64,000 nucleotides of DNA from Candidatus Yanofskybacteria bacterium CG10_big_fil_rev_8_21_14_0_10_36_16. Lineage in GTDB: Bacteria; Patescibacteriota; Minisyncoccia; 2-02-FULL-40-12; IGHO2-01-FULL-4-A. A model generated the notes under the pieces. It made no database searches, was not told where the DNA came from, and worked only from the letters and a program-made list of their open reading frames with translations. Every line of letters begins with the position of its first letter. Within the stretch, counting starts at the first letter, position 1. Both the position numbers and the translations under genes were made by a program. Where the stretch lies: assembly GCA_002794035.1 (NCBI GenBank), contig PCXQ01000005.1, positions 83,669 to 147,668 of the forward strand, in the 5' to 3' direction. This document shows, piece after piece, positions 59,098 through 64,000 of the stretch.

Positions 59098-59331
59098 CTA
59101 ATTAGTCGGTGCCGAAGAGTTATTTTCTGCATTGGCTACATCCATTACTTCAAATGCCATTTTCTTTCGTTCTTCCTCCATTTCACCGTTAAAATCTGCA
59201 ACCTCGTCAGGGTGTTCTAATTTACCAAGCATTACCAACCTTTCCCAAGTAGCTTCTTTTGTTTCACCTGTTACGCCATGCCCCATGTGGTTGCAAGGCA
59301 AACCTATATCCCTACAGTGCAATGTATACAT
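59098..59331 (-). CDS. DUF1059-like small metal-binding protein
   Basis: LHCRDIGLPC...GETKE...EH. Confidence 0.65.
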   Translation of the reverse strand: MYTLHCRDIGLPCNHMGHGVTGETKEATWERLVMLGKLEHPDEVADFNGEMEEERKKMAFEVMDVANAENNSSAPTN

Positions 59332-59538
59332 AATTTAAAATTTATCTGCTAAAAAATACAAGGCCCTTAGGAAAGATGGGCCTTTCATATTTTCTAGCCC
59401 TTAGGGTTTACCCAACTTCTTTGTTGTGTACTCCAGTACTCCCTCGATGTATTATATATACACCTCGGTTCGTTCCTCGTACACGTCGCAAATTTGGGCA
59501 AACATAAAAATTTTAATACAATTTATCTGATGTAAAAT

Positions 59539-60021
59539 TTATAATAATTTATTGATTTCTTGATCTAAAGCAAAATTAACTAGTTTATCAGCTTCCTTGT
59601 TCTGTTCCCTTGGAACATGACTGAAATCGACCTTACCAAAGTCAATCTTTAGATTCCATATATCCACGAATGCTTCGCGTATATGCCTTTCCATAAGTTT
59701 ATACTTGCCTGTTAATTGTTTTACAGCCAATTCACTATCCATTTTAAATTCTATTTCAGCCGATGAAGATTTAGCTTTTCCAATTAAGTGTCTTGTTTTC
59801 TTTAATGCAAAGATAACTGCATAATATTCAGCCTCATTATTTGTAGCCTTTCCAATATATTCGGAATATTCCTTCTTCCAAATTATCTTTTCCCCGCCAG
59901 AGGCGGATCCACCTATGGCGGATATAACAACACCGACTGCTGCTGGGCCTGGGTTGCCTCGCGAACCGCCATCAGTATGGATGATATAAACATTATCTTT
60001 TTTGTTTATTGTATTGTTCAT
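59539..60021 (-). CDS. rnhA: Ribonuclease HI
   Basis: TDGGSRGNPGPAA, TNNEAEY, DSEL, HVPREQNKEAD. Confidence 0.92.
   Translation of the reverse strand: MNNTINKKDNVYIIHTDGGSRGNPGPAAVGVVISAIGGSASGGEKIIWKKEYSEYIGKATNNEAEYYAVIFALKKTRHLIGKAKSSSAEIEFKMDSELAVKQLTGKYKLMERHIREAFVDIWNLKIDFGKVDFSHVPREQNKEADKLVNFALDQEINKLL
59893..59922. repeat. 30-bp in-frame double-hairpin insertion (SAIGGSASGG)
   Basis: CCCGCCAGAGGCGGATCCACCTATGGCGGA. Confidence 0.8.
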
Positions 60022-60049
60022 TTAAATATTTGTCTTGTTATTTTATTAG

Positions 60050-60151
60050 AAAGTATTATGTATTATGTATTGTGTAGCACGTATCAAGCACCATACAGAA
60101 TTAGAATTTGAATTATTATACTTAATACCTAATACACAATACTTAATACTA
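60050..60151. repeat. Heptamer-armed inverted repeat
   Basis: AAGTATT-ATGTATT-ATGTATT...ATACTT-AATACCT-AATACAC-AATACTT-AATACT. Confidence 0.6.
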
Positions 60152-61282
60152 GCTCTTATAATAATCAAGAGCTTCTAATCCCGGCAGTTTTTCTCCAGCC
60201 AGAAATGATAGCATAGCACCACCACCCGTTGAAACATAGCTATATTTATCCAATAAACCAAGCTTATTAACAGCAGTTATGGTATCCCCTCCTCCTATTA
60301 TTGAATCCGCACCAGATTCTGCAATTGCTTTTGCAACAATGTTAGTACCATGAGAAAATTTTTCAACTTCAGCAAAACCAAGAGGCCCGTTCCAGATGAC
60401 CATTTTTGAAGATTTTATAATGTCAGAAAATTTCTGCGCACTCTTTGGACCAAGATCAGCTATAAACCCGCCCTCTCCAACATCCTCTACTTCCGAAGTC
60501 ATTACTTCTTTTTCTCCCTTTTTGTCATACCCAATAAGTACATCTTCGGGTAGTATTATTTTTTCACTTTTTACTTCAACTTTTACCTTATTGTCCACCA
60601 CAGATGCGCCTATATCAATACCCAGAATTTGAAGAAAAAAATTATTGGCCAATGCTCCCCCTACAAGAATTTTTTCTGATTTTTCAAAAAAATTATTTAT
60701 CACAGGAAGTTTAGTAGAAATCTTGGCACCGCCAAGAACTAAAGTCTTGCCTTCAGCGGGCTCGCTTAAAGCACGCCCAAGATTCTTAATCTCCTTTTCT
60801 ATCAACAATCCTCCATATGATGGCAAAAATTCTGTTATTGCCGATACTGATGCATGCTCGCGATGGCATACAGCAAAAGCATTATTTACGTACAAATCAA
60901 AACCACTTGCTAACTTCTCGGCAAAATCCTTGCTGTTTTCTTTTTCGCCGAGGTTTTGACGAAGGTTATCAGCCAAAACCAATCCGCCAATTACAGGATG
61001 TTCATCTCCAAGTAAAGAATTGAGGGGCAAGAATTTTATTTCATGTTTTAAAACATCACCAATCTGACTGACAATTGATTCAAATGAATCAATGGACGAT
61101 ATGTGCGCACACATAACAACGTTGGCGCCATTTTCAATCAAATAATCAACCATGGGCTTTTGAGATTCGATTCTGAAACTTTCTAATATTTTACCGCTTA
61201 CAACAGGCACATCGAAATCAACGCGCAACAATACCTTTTTGCCGTTTAAATCGTTTTTATTTAAAGCATTTATTGTTTTCAT
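60149..61282 (-). CDS. pgk: Phosphoglycerate kinase
   Basis: LLRVDFDVP, LGGAKISTK, WNGPLG, GGGDT, STGGGA. Confidence 0.95.
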   Translation of the reverse strand: MKTINALNKNDLNGKKVLLRVDFDVPVVSGKILESFRIESQKPMVDYLIENGANVVMCAHISSIDSFESIVSQIGDVLKHEIKFLPLNSLLGDEHPVIGGLVLADNLRQNLGEKENSKDFAEKLASGFDLYVNNAFAVCHREHASVSAITEFLPSYGGLLIEKEIKNLGRALSEPAEGKTLVLGGAKISTKLPVINNFFEKSEKILVGGALANNFFLQILGIDIGASVVDNKVKVEVKSEKIILPEDVLIGYDKKGEKEVMTSEVEDVGEGGFIADLGPKSAQKFSDIIKSSKMVIWNGPLGFAEVEKFSHGTNIVAKAIAESGADSIIGGGDTITAVNKLGLLDKYSYVSTGGGAMLSFLAGEKLPGLEALDYYKS

Positions 61283-61432
61283 TATCCAAAAGTTAAACTG
61301 CTTGTTTAAAATTTATAATTTATAATTTTTATTAAATTTTCATTTATAAAAATTAAAAAGGCACTCCGTGAATTTGTGAATTAAGAATTAAAAATTATAT
61401 GAAAATTTTAAAATTTAAAAATTAAAAGTTTA

Positions 61433-62191
61433 TTATCCAAGATTTGACACTATCTCCAACATATCGGCAAATTCCTTATTTCTAAGACTTGCACCGCCAA
61501 CAGCAGCACCATCAATTTCTGAATGCTTAACAAAACTTTCTATATTGTCCCTATTAACGCTACCACCATATATTGTTTTATAATTATCAGGCTCAAGACC
61601 ATAAACAGAGAATAGATAATTTTTTATTATACCTAATGCAGCAAGGGCGTTTTCGGGCGTATCAGCTTTAGCATTTTTATTTGTGCTAATTGCCCACACT
61701 GGCTCATATCCCAAAATAACTTTTCTAACTTCACTTACGGTAAAGTCCGGCAATCCGGTAGCCAGTTGTTCTTCCAAAACAGTTTCTCTTTCATCATTTT
61801 TATCTTTTTCACCAACGAGCATAATTGGAGTCATGTCAGAGTTTAAAACTGCTTTTACTTTTTTTGATATTACATTGTTTCCCTCACCTATTAAGTATCT
61901 CCTTTCTGAATGGCCAATCAAAACATATTCAACACCCAAATTTTTAAGCATATCGGGAGTTATTTCTCCAGTAAAAGGACCCGAGCTGTCCCAAAAAGAA
62001 TCCTGAGCACCAAGCCTCATACTGCTTTTGATTTGGGAAAGCCTTTCAAGATAAACAAAAGGTGCACAAACGACTAAATCAACGCTGTTTTTAACTTTTT
62101 CATAAGATTCAGAAACCGATCTAAAAAGATCCTCCGCCTCTTTAACATTAGTAGGATTGGCTTTCCAGTTTGCAATAATAAGTTTTTTCAT
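61433..62191 (-). CDS. tpiA: Triosephosphate isomerase
   Basis: ANWK, GHSERR, YEPVWAI, YGGSV, VGGASL. Confidence 0.95.
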   Translation of the reverse strand: MKKLIIANWKANPTNVKEAEDLFRSVSESYEKVKNSVDLVVCAPFVYLERLSQIKSSMRLGAQDSFWDSSGPFTGEITPDMLKNLGVEYVLIGHSERRYLIGEGNNVISKKVKAVLNSDMTPIMLVGEKDKNDERETVLEEQLATGLPDFTVSEVRKVILGYEPVWAISTNKNAKADTPENALAALGIIKNYLFSVYGLEPDNYKTIYGGSVNRDNIESFVKHSEIDGAAVGGASLRNKEFADMLEIVSNLG

Positions 62192-62238
62192 ATTTTTCGG
62201 CTTGTTGTCTATGAATTACAGACAACAAACAATTAGTT

Positions 62239-63240
62239 TTAAATCTCAGTTTCCCTAAACAGTTTAGCAGCTTCATCCGGATCAATGGCATTAATATAAA
62301 CACCGCTTCCAATTTCAAACCCTCCTACAAACTCTACCTTGGGCATTATTTCTATGTGCCAAGTATAATAATCATCGAACTTATCACTCTTATCATAAAC
62401 AGGGGCAGAATGAATGAAAAAATTATAATCAGGATATTTTAACGCTTTACTCATTTTTCCCAAAACAGTGCTAACAGCTCTTCCTAAATCCGGCAATTTT
62501 GAATCATCAGTCTTCCAAAAATGAGACGTACTATCCTTGGGGAAAATCCTTATTTCATAAGGGACCCTAGAAACAAATGGGCAAAACGCTACAAAATCTT
62601 CATTTTCATATATTATTCTTTTTGCCTCTGATATTTCCCACTCTATCATCTTATCATAAGGCTTCTGGCTGTTTTTAACAAAATAGTCTTCAGCATCTCT
62701 TAAACTATTTTGAGCGGAAAGGGGTATAACAGAAGTAGAAATTATCTGTGAATGAGGATGAAAAAGCGTCCCTCCAGCTTTGATACCATAATTTGTAAAA
62801 ACAAGTATATATTTGCTGCTGGTATTATCTACTACGTGATGGAACCTGTCCCTATACACGCCGAACACCTCTGCCATCTCATCCGAATTATAATCTGCCA
62901 AAACTTTATCGTGATTTCTAAAAACAAACACTTCATGATAACCGCCTGCTTCCACCACATTGAAAAAGTCTGCCTTAATTTGTTTTGGTTCTCTAGTAGT
63001 TTTAGATCTGTCTACTGCAGGATATTTATTTGAAATTACCTTTACCAACCAATCATCACCAGATTTATTTAAGTATGTTTTTTCAACTTTGTTCCCAGAT
63101 ATTTCTAAATCCTCAAAGGGGCAGACGTCCTTTGATTTATCCAGGGCTTCACAAACGATGGGGTCACCGGGTCTCCTTGCTCTATTGGTAGCAAAAAGCA
63201 CCCACAAACCAGAAATCATATCTTGTCTAAATTCATTCAT
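62239..63240 (-). CDS. galT: Galactose-1-phosphate uridylyltransferase family
   Basis: RARRP, CPF, NKYPA, HPHSQ, GGFEIGSG. Confidence 0.85.
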   Translation of the reverse strand: MNEFRQDMISGLWVLFATNRARRPGDPIVCEALDKSKDVCPFEDLEISGNKVEKTYLNKSGDDWLVKVISNKYPAVDRSKTTREPKQIKADFFNVVEAGGYHEVFVFRNHDKVLADYNSDEMAEVFGVYRDRFHHVVDNTSSKYILVFTNYGIKAGGTLFHPHSQIISTSVIPLSAQNSLRDAEDYFVKNSQKPYDKMIEWEISEAKRIIYENEDFVAFCPFVSRVPYEIRIFPKDSTSHFWKTDDSKLPDLGRAVSTVLGKMSKALKYPDYNFFIHSAPVYDKSDKFDDYYTWHIEIMPKVEFVGGFEIGSGVYINAIDPDEAAKLFRETEI

Positions 63241-63261
63241 TGTAATTAAAATATATTAAAA

Positions 63262-63999
63262 TTATTTATATTTACCAAACCAAAGATTAATTCTAACTTG
63301 TAAAACCTCAAGTAACATTTGTATCATACCCTTGAGTCGAACCTTGCTTTCCTCATCATTAATCCATTTAATGGGTGCTTCCTTTATTTTTAATTTGGAT
63401 TTTTTTGCAATAGCCAATATCTCAACATCAAAAGCCCAGCGAAATATTGTTTGCTTTGAAAAAACAATTTTTGTTGCTTCAGCTGTAAATGCTTTAAACC
63501 CGGCCTGAGAATCATTAACCCCAAGAGGAACAAGGGTATGAACAATTAGCCTAAACACTCCTCCAAGAAAATCCCTTAACCATGGTTGTTTTGCAGCAAT
63601 ATCAGATCCTTCTATCCTGCGAGAGCCGATAACAACATCGTAGCCCTCATATCCGCCAAAGGCGGATCCGCCTCTGCCGGAAAAATATTTCCAAAATTGA
63701 CCAATGTGATTTACGGTAGTTGAATTATCGGCATCCATAAAAAGCCTAATATCTCCTTTTGCCTCAAGCATACCCTGTTTTACTACCCAGCCCTTTCCGT
63801 GATTATCTTTGTTATCTATTAATCTGAGGCCTCTAATTTGTTCACTTAAACCGCTAACGACATCTGCTGTGTTGTCTTTTGAGCCATCATTAACAACTAA
63901 TATTTCGTAATCATAATCTTGTATAGATAAATAATTATCAACGCTTTTTAGCGTTTTTTCTATTCTATTTTCCTCGTTATAGGCGGGAATTATAATTGA
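63262..63999 (-). CDS. GT2 glycosyltransferase (dolichyl-phosphate glucosyltransferase-like), 5' end beyond window
   Basis: Frame open to the edge: SIIIPAYNE...VNDGSKD...GKG...FMDAD...DSQAGFK. Confidence 0.9.
   Translation of the reverse strand, partial: SIIIPAYNEENRIEKTLKSVDNYLSIQDYDYEILVVNDGSKDNTADVVSGLSEQIRGLRLIDNKDNHGKGWVVKQGMLEAKGDIRLFMDADNSTTVNHIGQFWKYFSGRGGSAFGGYEGYDVVIGSRRIEGSDIAAKQPWLRDFLGGVFRLIVHTLVPLGVNDSQAGFKAFTAEATKIVFSKQTIFRWAFDVEILAIAKKSKLKIKEAPIKWINDEESKVRLKGMIQMLLEVLQVRINLWFGKYK
63652..63681. repeat. 30-bp in-frame double-hairpin insertion (SGRGGSAFGG)
   Basis: TCCGCCAAAGGCGGATCCGCCTCTGCCGGA. Confidence 0.8.
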
Positions 64000-64000
64000 T

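Overview
AT-rich bacterial window in standard genetic code. It reads as a Patescibacteria/CPR (Parcubacteria-like) genome, inferred from the CPR-style L28, TrmB-type regulator, sortases, type IV pilus operon and apparently leaderless genes. Left to right it holds: (1) a Cyc2-like monoheme cytochrome-porin fusion running off the left edge, missed by the ORF track; (2) a copper/redox cluster (CopB-type ATPase, DUF411, ferric reductase, cupredoxin), a MacAB-type exporter and a thioredoxin-CcdA-DipZ operon with an XRE regulator and two operators; (3) a stand-alone A-T-C NRPS beside a sortase; (4) obg and a DEAD-box helicase; (5) a second copper island (CsoR with operator, CopA, HMA-DsbD_2, cupredoxin) at the 3' end of tRNA-Gln; (6) typA, ftsEX, prfB, rpmB; (7) tRNA-Pro followed by a small GIY-YIG nuclease bracketed by 109-bp structured direct repeats; (8) pit, RNase P RNA, a type IV pilus operon interrupted by a four-helix-bundle gene, TPM/lemA, an LPETS surface protein with its sortase, rnhA, pgk, tpiA, galT and a GT2. 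Several families of tiny palindromic elements are overlaid on this. Some sit in frame inside proteins, one family targets start codons, and one motif is shared with the GIY-YIG flanks. All calls come from reading motifs by eye; no searches were run.
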